Shown here one piece after another: positions 1 to 9,400 of a DNA stretch of 64,000 nucleotides. How positions within the stretch are numbered: the first letter of the stretch is position 1; each line of letters starts with the position of its first letter. The notes under the pieces were generated by a model, which saw only the letters and a program-made list of their open reading frames with translations, searched no databases and was not told the DNA's origin. The DNA lies in NCBI GenBank assembly GCA_029762535.1, contig JARVGK010000008.1:42529-106528 (forward strand), read 5' to 3'. Source of the stretch: Thermoplasmatota archaeon (lineage in GTDB: Archaea > Thermoplasmatota > Penumbrarchaeia > Penumbrarchaeales > Penumbrarchaeaceae). Both the position numbers and the translations under genes were made by a program.

Positions 1-1
1 A

Positions 2-220
2 GGGGATCCTGCCTACCCTTATCTTGAGTCCTATCGGAAATTGGGCCGGCCTACGGACATCGGAGGGGTCGATCCCAACTCGGTGAAGAAAATAATGAGG
101 CCGCACGAGTATGTGACCAGGGCCGCACAATCCTTCAAAGTGCAGAAAGAGCATCTGGGAAAGACCATCTTAAGGTTTCTATCAGAGACAGATTCGTTCG
201 AGGAGGACATACAGAGGTGA
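2..220 (+). CDS. 3' end of a hypothetical protein (truncated by the window edge)
   Basis: Frame 2 is open from the window start (GDPAYPYLESYRK...SFEEDIQR) to TGA at 218-220; no recognisable motif. Confidence 0.6.
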   Translation, partial: GDPAYPYLESYRKLGRPTDIGGVDPNSVKKIMRPHEYVTRAAQSFKVQKEHLGKTILRFLSETDSFEEDIQR

Positions 221-389
221 TGAAGGGCTCAGGTTCATGATTTTTTTTCATAATGGCGGAACAAACGTTATATTGAGAAAACTCCAATTCCATTTGGATG
301 GTAGGACCCCCTTCAGACAGCACATGCCATATTGATGATATCATCGACCGATCCAGTAAATTCTCGGAGATGGTATCCTGAAGGGCACG

Positions 390-743
390 GTGATGATCGT
401 GGATGACGAGGATTTCATCCACCAGCTGTACAATGACATTCTGGAAATGCACGGTTACAAGGTGATCGCGAGCGCGTTCGATGGGGATGATGCGGTGGAC
501 ATGTTCTTGGCCATGGAAGATAGGCCTGACATCATAATCATGGACCACCGCATGCCTCGAAAGGACGGTGTGGACGCCATGGTCGATATCAGGCTTGTGG
601 ACAGGAAGACACGTATAATTTTCGCCTCAGCTGATGGGACGGTCCGGGACAAGGCAATGGGGGCGGGAGCGGATGGTTTCCTACTCAAGCCTTTCAAGAT
701 ATCGGAGCTTTTGGGATCGCTCGACCCCGATGCGGACCGATGA
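390..743 (+). CDS. Single-domain response regulator (CheY-like receiver)
   Basis: IVDDE acidic pocket, DIIIMDHRMP phosphoacceptor, FASA and LLKPF; true start may be the in-frame CTG at 378, downstream of GGAGAT. Confidence 0.92.
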   Translation: MMIVDDEDFIHQLYNDILEMHGYKVIASAFDGDDAVDMFLAMEDRPDIIIMDHRMPRKDGVDAMVDIRLVDRKTRIIFASADGTVRDKAMGAGADGFLLKPFKISELLGSLDPDADR

Positions 744-757
744 GTCCCACCATACGG

Positions 758-765
758 TTTTATAG
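758..765 (+). promoter_or_regulatory. TATA box of the RNase P RNA gene
   Basis: TTTTATAG about 24 nt upstream of the predicted RNA 5' end. Confidence 0.65.
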
Positions 766-788
766 CAGGGCCCCCTCTACAGGTCTCC

Positions 789-1112
789 GGGCCGAGAGAA
801 GGCGGATGGCCGACGGTGGCCCATGAGGCCGCTGGGGAAAGTCCTCCCTCGTCGGGATGCCCGGGCCGGGCGCAAGCCCGGGGCGCGAGAGCGTCGGCAA
901 TGGAGCAGAAACGACACCACCGCGTATAATGGGATGATGGGATATGTCCCGGACGTCTGCGCGGATAGGATGAAACGGCCAACCCCCCGGGGAGCAAGCC
1001 CAAATGTCCGATACGACCCCATCCCGGGATCGGAAGGTAGGGCGCTCAGATAGATGCCATCTACCCGCTTCCGCGGGAAAACAGAAGGAGGCTTATGTCC
1101 TTGACTCGACCC
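789..1112 (+). ncRNA. rnpB: RNase P RNA, archaeal type A
   Basis: P4 signatures GGGGAAAGTCCTCCC and ACAGAAGGAGGCTTAT; P1 ends GGGCCGAG/CTCGACCC; P8 CCGGGC-GCAA-GCCCGG and P9 GGCGC-GAGA-GCGTC hairpins; conserved CAGAAAC, TGAAACG and AGCAAG. Confidence 0.96.
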
Positions 1113-1206
1113 GCACTATCCCATCAGCGAACAGTTTAATTACATGCATCCTTTTCCAATGAAAAAACCCGACAATGGGATCGGATCTTCGAAGTGGTGC
1201 TGTATC

Positions 1207-1668
1207 ATGGAACAGGACGATATCAATAAGGTCGCCCGGCAGATAGAGATGGGATTGGCCAGGATGGATTCCCTCAGGGGACAGATGGACTCATTGAAGG
1301 GACAGATGGAGGCTTTGAGAGCGGTCATAATCGACCATGGGTCATCGATGGACTCCCTGAAAGAGCTAAAGACCGGGTCCTCTGACAGGTCCCTGATCGG
1401 GCTGGGATCCCAGGTCTTCATCAATGTCAGGATAGAGGATACGGACCATTGCATCCTGAGCGAAGGAGCTGGAATATACATCAAAAGGGATATCGACACC
1501 GCTATCTCTGCCATCGAGGATAGGAAGAAGGTCCTCGAGGACGTGATAGAGAGGCTAGGATCCCAGCTCAACGAAATGGCCGAGGCCTACAACTCCCTCG
1601 CTGCACAGACACAGGAGCTTTACGGTCAGCAGATGCTGATGGCGCAAGGTACGCAAGGTAATTTCTGA
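1207..1668 (+). CDS. pfdA: Prefoldin subunit alpha
   Basis: Two coiled coils around a beta-hairpin (LIGLGSQVFI...ILSEGAGIYIKRD); directly upstream of ftsY, the usual archaeal order; start placed at MEQDD. Confidence 0.85.
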   Translation: MEQDDINKVARQIEMGLARMDSLRGQMDSLKGQMEALRAVIIDHGSSMDSLKELKTGSSDRSLIGLGSQVFINVRIEDTDHCILSEGAGIYIKRDIDTAISAIEDRKKVLEDVIERLGSQLNEMAEAYNSLAAQTQELYGQQMLMAQGTQGNF

Positions 1669-1677
1669 TCATGGGGT

Positions 1678-2811
1678 GTGGAGATGTTCTCGGCTCTCAA
1701 GGAGAAGCTCAGGTCCTTCAAGAAGAAGGCGAAGGACGACCTTGAACAGGAGAGGGCCGCAGGACCTGTTAAAGTTAATGAGCAGGATACCAGGGCCAGA
1801 AAGGAATCTAAGTTCCTGGGAAAGATCTTCTCAAAGAAAACCAAGAAGGATGGAATCGACCAGAACGCCGGTCCGGCCTCGGATGGACACATCGAGGTGA
1901 AGGAAGCAGGGGCCTTTGCCCTTCAAGGCCGTGATTCTCTCATAGAGGAAGGAGGGGGGATCTTCGCCAAGAAGATTACCCAGGACAAGCTTGAAGATAT
2001 CATGTTCGATCTCGAGATGGCTCTGCTTGAATCCGATGTGGCCCAGGGTGTCGTCGAGAGGATCAAGAACTACATCATAAAGGAGCTTGAGGGCGCTAAA
2101 GTGAAAAGGAGCAGCGAATTGGAAGATGTCATAGAGGGCGCCTTGAAAAAAGCGATCAGACAGGTTCTTGACATAAAGAGCATCGATCTCATCGACAGTA
2201 TACGGGCCAGCGAGAAACCCTACGTTGTGATGTTCGTAGGTGTGAACGGAACGGGTAAGACCACCGCTATAGGCAGGATCGCTCATCGGCTGCAGAGAGA
2301 AGGCATCTCATGCGTTCTCGCTGCAGGGGATACGTTCAGGGCCGGGGCCATAGAACAGCTCACAAAGCATGCCGAGAACCTGGGGTTAAAGATCATAAAG
2401 CACTCGGCAGGCGCGGACCCGGCTGCCGTCGCATACGATGCGATAGAACATGCCAAGGCAAGGAAGAAGGACGTGGTGCTTCTGGATACGGCCGGTAGGA
2501 TGCAGACCAACATAAATCTCATGGACGAGATGAAGAAGATCAGAAGGATCGCAAGACCAAATCTCATCGTGTTCGTAGGCGACGCGCTTGCCGGCAACGA
2601 CGCCGTGATCCAGGCCAGCGAGTTCGACAAGGCCGTCGGCGTCGACGGGGCCATTCTTACGAAGATCGACGCTGACGCCAAGGGCGGCGCAGCGCTGTCC
2701 ATTGCTTACACGATCGGCAAGCCCATCCTGTACGTAGGGACCGGGCAGGGATACGAGGACCTCGAACCGTTCGATGCGAACTGGATGATCGAGAGGCTCT
2801 TCGAGGAGTAG
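1678..2811 (+). CDS. ftsY: Signal recognition particle receptor FtsY
   Basis: GVNGTGKTT, DTFRAGA, DTAGR and TKIDADAKGG SRP-GTPase motifs. Confidence 0.97.
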   Translation: MEMFSALKEKLRSFKKKAKDDLEQERAAGPVKVNEQDTRARKESKFLGKIFSKKTKKDGIDQNAGPASDGHIEVKEAGAFALQGRDSLIEEGGGIFAKKITQDKLEDIMFDLEMALLESDVAQGVVERIKNYIIKELEGAKVKRSSELEDVIEGALKKAIRQVLDIKSIDLIDSIRASEKPYVVMFVGVNGTGKTTAIGRIAHRLQREGISCVLAAGDTFRAGAIEQLTKHAENLGLKIIKHSAGADPAAVAYDAIEHAKARKKDVVLLDTAGRMQTNINLMDEMKKIRRIARPNLIVFVGDALAGNDAVIQASEFDKAVGVDGAILTKIDADAKGGAALSIAYTIGKPILYVGTGQGYEDLEPFDANWMIERLFEE

Positions 2812-2815
2812 CTGT

Positions 2816-3394
2816 ATGGTCTCCATTGCCGAAGGGCTCATGTCGGCCCTTGAGAACCTCCCATGGTGGGGGAAATACATCTCCACCATTCTCATATCCA
2901 TGCTGCCTATCATCGAACTTCGCGGGGCCCTGCCCGCCGCAGTGAAGGTCTTCGGCCTTTCGTGGGGGGTCTCATACGTCCTTTCGGTCTTCGGGAACAT
3001 GATCCCTGTCCCATTCCTTTTGAGGTTCTATCCACAGGTCGAAAGGTTCCTAAAGAGGTTCGGCTTCATGAGGACCTTCTTCGAATGGCTCAATGCGAGG
3101 ACGATCCGTAAAGGAAAGCGAAAGGTCCAGCTCTGGGGGGAGATGGGGCTCATACTCTTCGTAGCGATCCCCCTCCCTGTGACAGGAGCATGGACCGGCA
3201 CCCTTGCCGCATATCTTTTCGATCTAAACCGCCCGAAGGCCTTCATGGCGATCCTGGCGGGGGTCCTGATAGCCGGATTGATCATGATGGCCGTGACCTT
3301 TTTTCATATTGTGGTCGGGATCATCATAATCCTGTTCCTCGCCCTTGTATTGGTCCTCATCGGCTGGATGGAGAACAGGAACCCGGCGGAATAG
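2816..3394 (+). CDS. Small multidrug export family membrane protein
   Basis: SMLPIIELRGALP, GNMIPVP and LFVAIPLPVTGAWTG motifs; multiple TM helices. Confidence 0.85.
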   Translation: MVSIAEGLMSALENLPWWGKYISTILISMLPIIELRGALPAAVKVFGLSWGVSYVLSVFGNMIPVPFLLRFYPQVERFLKRFGFMRTFFEWLNARTIRKGKRKVQLWGEMGLILFVAIPLPVTGAWTGTLAAYLFDLNRPKAFMAILAGVLIAGLIMMAVTFFHIVVGIIIILFLALVLVLIGWMENRNPAE

Positions 3395-3553
3395 TTTCGG
3401 AATGGACCACACCGAAGGTGTGGGATACAACGTCATAGCGGTTTCTGACGGCCACCCCTTCGGATATCCTTCTAATAATACCACTTTAATGGCGGTTATG
3501 CCCTTCATCCGTTTGGGAGGGCAACGAAAAAAAAATGAAACGGAGGAAAAGAG

Positions 3554-4177
3554 ATGTCGATAATGGCAGTTGGCGACGAAGAGTTGCTGGATTATGTGAT
3601 AGAGAAGGACATGGAAGACGCGGTGTCGAGGATCATACTCGGATGCCTGAAATGCTTCGAAAGGGGGACCGGAAGGAAGCGTCTGAGCAGGGTCCTGAGA
3701 GGAAAGGACCCCGGATATCTGATAGACGGAAGGGAGGAGGTCACGCCCTTCTTCGGAAGGCTGTCCCAGCTGGACGAGGACCAGGTTCTCGACTTCATCG
3801 AATCCCTGACCAGACTGGGCCTCGTCCAGAGCACGCCCGGGGACCTACCCATGATAGAGATATCCGAAAGAGGGAGAAAAGCTCTCTTAATGAGGGATGC
3901 CATCCCGGCGATGATCCCATGGCCCCTCCCCGCAAGAACGATACCCCTCCCGCGTGATCAGGGAATATACAAACAGCTCAAAGAAGTGAGGAACCGCATT
4001 GCAAGGGATCATGATCTGCCCCCTTATTGTGTGGCGAACAACGTCACTCTCGTTGAGATCGTGAACAGCGGTGCGAGGGATATCTCCGACCTCGAAGGGA
4101 TCAAAGGGTTAGGGACGATGAGGTTGGAGCGGTTCGGCGATCGATTTATCGAGGCGATCTCATCGCTCAAGGAATGA
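3554..4177 (+). CDS. Stand-alone RQC winged-helix plus HRDC domain protein (RecQ C-terminal domains, no helicase core)
   Basis: RQC-like GRKRLSRVLRGK...FFGRL...LTRLGLV...ISERGRKAL; HRDC LKEVRNRIARDHDLPPYCVANNVTLVEI...LEGIKGLG..RLERFG; GGAGG RBS upstream. Confidence 0.85.
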   Translation: MSIMAVGDEELLDYVIEKDMEDAVSRIILGCLKCFERGTGRKRLSRVLRGKDPGYLIDGREEVTPFFGRLSQLDEDQVLDFIESLTRLGLVQSTPGDLPMIEISERGRKALLMRDAIPAMIPWPLPARTIPLPRDQGIYKQLKEVRNRIARDHDLPPYCVANNVTLVEIVNSGARDISDLEGIKGLGTMRLERFGDRFIEAISSLKE

Positions 4178-4217
4178 CCGCTGTTATCCCGCTGGAGGGT
4201 TGAGATTTCACATGTGT

Positions 4218-4233
4218 AAAAACCTATTATATA
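4218..4233 (+). promoter_or_regulatory. Orphan BRE/TATA-like element between convergent genes
   Basis: AAAAACCTATTATATA; no credible ORF follows it. Confidence 0.45.
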
Positions 4234-4317
4234 CTGTGAAAAAACATATCAGCGAACGTTGGTTCCATCCATAGAGTGGCGACGCTCATCTCATAGGGTT
4301 TCAGGTTGTTGCCACCG

Positions 4318-4351
4318 GGGGCGCAAGACATTGCGCCCCGAATTTCCTTTT
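4318..4351 (+). terminator. GC-rich hairpin followed by a U-rich tract
   Basis: GGGGCGCAA-GACA-TTGCGCCCC then GAATTTCCTTTT. Confidence 0.6.
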
Positions 4352-5535
4352 CATGTTCCCAGCATGAGCCGGATCAGATCCCTCATACCAGGTCCGAATC
4401 CGAGAACCAGTATCGCCAATTTGACGAGCGTTATCAGATAACGGTTGGATCTGGCGTCCTCCTCCATCGAAACATCGATGAGATAGAGGGCTGGCAGTAG
4501 GAACACGAGCTTTAGTGGGAACATCACCAGGGCGGTCCCGGTCGCCTCCATGAGTATCGCTGGCAGGCGATGCTTCTCTACATATCCGAGATAGTCGACC
4601 CCAATGAAGGTGGCGGAGGCGTCGAGCATATGACCCACAACTATTGCCATGTTCACCGGTGAGACCATCATGCCTAGTTTGGGCCATTTTTTTGATGATA
4701 GCCGAAGGGAAACATACACAAGGAATGCGGCCAGCGCGACCAGTGCGACCGCGCCAAGGCCGTGGAGGAGATAACCGGAGGAGGGCGACGAACCGGTGAT
4801 CGCCGTATAATTGGACCTCCAGGTATCGTCCGTGAACCATAGCGTGTACGAGTAAATGACATGAAGAAGTGAAGTCCCCCAGGTCCACCCGAGAAGGGCC
4901 AGATAACCGCCCTTCCGGAATATAACGGGATACATCAGGGACATGGCCAAGGATATGCCAAGTATCGCGACTATGGACACGTTAGCGTTCAAGGCTTCGG
5001 GGAAGGCCTTGACGACCAATGCCGTAATGAGGCCGGGGATCAGGACCAAAAGGGATGATGATGTCCTCCTTTCCCTGTCCTTAAGGTAGCTTATTCTGAT
5101 GGATGTGTAGAGAAGACCAAAGGTGCTCAAACCCAGGAATATGTATATCAGAGGGGAAATAAAGACATATTGCAGAGGGGTGTTGAAGAGGTACATGTCC
5201 TCCAATACCCTCAGTGAAGGCCCGATCAAGATCGCTGGAGCCAGGGCGAAGAAGAAGGGATCGACGTTCACATCCCATCTTTTCATGGCGCGTTGGATGA
5301 GGAAAACGGCCCATGCCAGTATCAATCCGTAGGATATCGTGTCAATCCAGTTGTAATCGGATGTGATCCCTCCCGCATCCCCTCCAGCATCGGCGACGAT
5401 CGGACCCCAAAAATACTTCCAGATGAACTCTTCATAAAATATATGAGGTAACAGGATCGATAGCAATACTATGATGGATATCAGAAGTACGGGTAACAAC
5501 AATAGCGTTCTTTCCACTATCGGCCTTAACTGCAC
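4351..5535 (-). CDS. DUF63 family archaeal polytopic membrane protein
   Basis: YNWIDTISYG, GPSLRVLED, GHMLDASATFIGVDYLGYVEKH and LGFGPGMRDLIRL motifs. Confidence 0.85.
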   Translation of the reverse strand: MQLRPIVERTLLLLPVLLISIIVLLSILLPHIFYEEFIWKYFWGPIVADAGGDAGGITSDYNWIDTISYGLILAWAVFLIQRAMKRWDVNVDPFFFALAPAILIGPSLRVLEDMYLFNTPLQYVFISPLIYIFLGLSTFGLLYTSIRISYLKDRERRTSSSLLVLIPGLITALVVKAFPEALNANVSIVAILGISLAMSLMYPVIFRKGGYLALLGWTWGTSLLHVIYSYTLWFTDDTWRSNYTAITGSSPSSGYLLHGLGAVALVALAAFLVYVSLRLSSKKWPKLGMMVSPVNMAIVVGHMLDASATFIGVDYLGYVEKHRLPAILMEATGTALVMFPLKLVFLLPALYLIDVSMEEDARSNRYLITLVKLAILVLGFGPGMRDLIRLMLGT

Positions 5536-5684
5536 GTCGGGGGATGTTCATCATCGATATAACTATATACGTATCCTCACGAGTTTTTCCCCGATACTAA
5601 ACGCGATAGCTATATCTATTAGTTGTATCATTTTCGAATCGGTCCTGAACTGGACTCGATCACATGGTTTCGGCGGGTGTTGAT

Positions 5685-6401
5685 ATGTTCCAGAATACCA
5701 TCAAGGGTATAGACAAGATTTTCCGAACGAACAACTATCAGAACATGATCATCATGGTCTCGGGCTATACCGGCACGCTGAAATCGACCTTCACGTATTC
5801 GCTCATATCCAAATATATCGAGAAGAACCCGGATGCGATAGGACTATATGCCACGATTGAGGAGCCAAAGGAATCGCTCTTGAGGAACCTCAGATCGGTG
5901 GGTATCGACATCAATGAGAGGATATTCATCGCCGATTACAACAGGACCAGGGAGATGTACCGGGAGGAGGCGGAGAACACGGACTTCCTCGAGCTCACCG
6001 AGAAGCTTATCCTTTCGACGAAGGAGGAGAAAGGGGACGCGTTCTGCGTTTTCGCTCTCGACTCCCTCAACGCCCTCTACACCCTGACGAAGATGGACAA
6101 CGAGCACCTCATAAGAAAGAGGATATACTACTTCTTCAAGCTGCTGAGGGACTCCAATCTGACCTCCTTCATCCTTCACGAGCTGCCAAGGAACCAGCAG
6201 TTCAACTCAAGGGATAACGAGAACTTCCTCGCCGATGGCGTGATCGAGCTTGGTGTTAGAAGGACCCTCGAAGGTAAGAAACGCTACATCGAGGTCATCA
6301 AGATGAGACAGAACAACCATTCCATGAAACAGTACGTAATAGACCTCGATCATGAAGGGCTCTCCATACTGGGGCCCTCTGTCGATGATATGGGACTCTG
6401 A
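5685..6401 (+). CDS. RAD55/KaiC-like single-domain ATPase
   Basis: TIKGIDKI, variant Walker A GYTGTLKS, YATIEE, Walker B FALDS, FLADGVIEL and IKMR. Confidence 0.88.
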   Translation: MFQNTIKGIDKIFRTNNYQNMIIMVSGYTGTLKSTFTYSLISKYIEKNPDAIGLYATIEEPKESLLRNLRSVGIDINERIFIADYNRTREMYREEAENTDFLELTEKLILSTKEEKGDAFCVFALDSLNALYTLTKMDNEHLIRKRIYYFFKLLRDSNLTSFILHELPRNQQFNSRDNENFLADGVIELGVRRTLEGKKRYIEVIKMRQNNHSMKQYVIDLDHEGLSILGPSVDDMGL

Positions 6402-6448
6402 GGCCTTTTTCATCCCCATATGTTGGCTTAGGATGAGGGAAATTATTC

Positions 6449-9400
6449 TCAATCCCCGGACATCTCATTCAGGAGGTCCTGAAGCGATTTTTCCCTGTCG
6501 GTGGAGACGGTCCTGTCCGAATCTATTGTATCTGACGTGCTTACCTCCTGAATGGTCTCGGAGGCCACAAGGTTCATCCATGCATCCTCCGATGTCTCAT
6601 CGACGAGCGTCGGGGCCTCCTGTTGGGCCTTTTCTGCCGGCTCGGTCTCCGAAGGCTGTCCAGATGCAGCGATACCGGCCGATGGGACCGATCTTCCCAG
6701 TCCCTTCGGCTGAGGCGCCGTCCTCGCCCCGTTCGAACTCGCCATCCCGTACTCGGACTCGAGCTCCGAGAGCTCGGATTCGATATCGCGATGTTTCTCT
6801 TCGGTCTTTCTCTTCACCAGGAAGTAATATAGGCCTCCCAGGACCATCATGATCAGGACGATGACTATGATCCCGATGATGATATACAAGCCAATGGGGT
6901 CCTCCTCAGGCGGGGCGACCTGAACCGGTCTCTGCGTTATCTCAAGAGGGACCGAGACGTTCCTGATTATGCCCCAGTTCGACTCGAAAGTGAAGTTCAG
7001 GGTATAATTGCCTACCGTTGCGTTGGGAAGGATCTCGACATCGAGGTTGATCACCAGCTCCTGCTGGATATCCAGGCGGTAAATGCCGTTCCTGATCAGG
7101 AGCCACTCGTATCTGATGAGGGAACCCATCGGTCCGTCGTGGCCTTCTAGATCAATGATCGGAGTGATGTTCATGGGCTTCTGCCCGATGTTCGCGATGT
7201 CGAAGGATAGGATCGAAGTTGGGGTCCCCTGCTGCAGTTTAATCCTCTCGACATGGGAGGATACCGTAAAGGCATAGTTCTCCTCGTTGGAGACGGAGAA
7301 CGAGAAGACACCGTTCGTGCAGTTTCCGACGAACTTGTTCTGGGCCACGGGGACAACGGTCCAGTAATAGGTTCCGAAATCCAGACCGATCGGGTCGTAT
7401 GTAGTCCCCTTGAAGACCTCCGTCCAGAGTGATGAGGACTTGAGCTCGAGGACGTCGAGCTTCCTGTTCGACATGTATATCTTATAGGATACGTCCTCTG
7501 GATCGAAGAACGTCACGTTCCATTCCAGTTTAACGTCGTCCGGATCCGCGAAATCCGTTCCGTCAGGCGGCCATACCAGGGTCGCGATGGGATATCTCAG
7601 CGAGGTGTCGACCAGAATATTATAGACTGTGGATGTGAAGACCGTGCCCGCTCCATCCTGGCATTTGAACTGAATGAAATTATCATATGTGTCGCTGAGG
7701 CCCTTGAGCTCCAGGACGAATTGATAATTGTCCTGGTGGAAGGATGTCCATATGTCCTGAACGTATTTCCACGAGGCGATCCCCAGCCATTGAACGGGAT
7801 CATTTAGCCCATTGTTGCTGAAACGATACATCACCGACTGGGATATTATCGTGGATCCGCCCAGGTCCGTCATGTTTATCTCGAAATCGATGGCGGTATA
7901 GGGGACGATCTCATCCAGGTCCGGTCTTATCACCGTGAAGGTGGTCGGGTCCATGTCGATCATTATCCGAGCGCTCTCCGCTGGACCTATGTTGCCGACG
8001 AGGTCCTCCGCCCATACGTATATCGTATGCGCTCCCTTGCCTGGAAGCTCAACGACCGCGTCGAGGCCCGATTCCACCCGAGTTCCGTTCCTCGTTCCTC
8101 CGTTATCTTCGAATGACCAATAGTAGAACAGGACGCCTGAAGCGGTCTCCGGAGCGCTCTGCCAGCTCAGGAACACCTCCGTATCGTTGTCGTACCTGGT
8201 CCTCTGGTCGTTAAGGTCATCCGCATGCAGTATCACCGTTGGGGGCTTTCCCGGCGGATCCGCATCCGTGGAAAGACGGAATGAAAGATCGGATGTGTCC
8301 GTATCGGGAGGGACCCCGGAAATGTTGATCCTGTACCTGTATTCCGTTTTCGTGGTGTTCGGTGAGACCAGGGTGATATTGAGGGGCTCCCCGGGCATAT
8401 GGGAGCTTGTGAACATCTCATCATCCTCGTCCCACAGCGTCAGCATGTAGCTGTCCAATGGCGGATACAGGTCCGCTCCGACGTAGGCCACAACGGGACC
8501 CAAGAAGTTCACCCATTCCCCTGCCCGGATCCAGCTCTGGTTCTGGATCGGCCCCTGGACCTCCGAGCTGACAGAAAGAACGCCCCTCAGCTCCAGCTGA
8601 TTACGAACTGTCAGGAAGTTCCTGACGATCAGCTCATCGGGGGCCACGTCATATCCCATGATCCTCACGGTCACGCTGCGGTCGATTATGTTCGGCCTGT
8701 TGGTCCAGGTCCAGTTGAACTTGATCCACATGTCCAGGTTCAGGAAGACCCCATCGACGGATACGCTCCGATCCACTAGGAAGCCCCTGTTTCCCGGATC
8801 ATGCTCGACCCAAGTCCCCTGGGTGTGATTGTAAACGACCGAGAATGCACCGTCCCTGTGGTTGAATATGTATCTTACCTCGCTGATCTCGGACACATCC
8901 TCGACCGCTTTGACCATGGATGTGAAATGGTATGGCTTGAGCATGGAATATGCAACGTTCGCACCTTCCGAAGGGTCGTCGAAGGAGACCCTCTGTATGG
9001 CCAGCCTGTATGGGATGCCGAACCTCCATATCCCATGCCTTCCCGAACCATATATCCAGAGGTCCCTCGTCTCGGGGATGAATATGGAAGCGTGATTGTC
9101 CAGGTCCCCCGGGTGCACCAGATAGTATTCCGGATACCATTTCCCCTCCAGTATCCTGTACTTCGACATGTCGTTGTTCTGGCTTCCCCCCGTCATGATT
9201 ATCTCCCTGGTCAGGGGATCGTAGCTCATCTTGGAATACGCCCTGCTCGATGGTTTGAACTGCGCGTCGATCTCGGTCCAGGTCTGGGTGGAGAAATCGT
9301 AGGTCCAGAGGTCGTTCTCCTCCTGGGCGTTGGCCCCTCCTTCTTTAAGGTACCATCCCCCGAAGAGATACAGCAGATGGTCGTCCGGCTCGTACATTAG

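Noticed and set aside
455-1053. ORFs 455-1003(-), 777-1022(-) and 823-1053(+)
   Set aside because: They overlap the RNase P RNA gene and are spurious translations of a structured RNA
3345-3563. Short ORFs across the hairpin-rich gap; also considered as H/ACA RNA, fluoride riboswitch or SECIS
   Set aside because: No coding features; no convincing K-turn, pseudouridylation pocket or riboswitch consensus; no in-frame UGA selenoprotein nearby
4245-4320. C/D-box sRNA on the minus strand (CTGA...TGAGATGA...CTGA)
   Set aside because: No upstream C box, and the guide spacing (~33 nt) is too long
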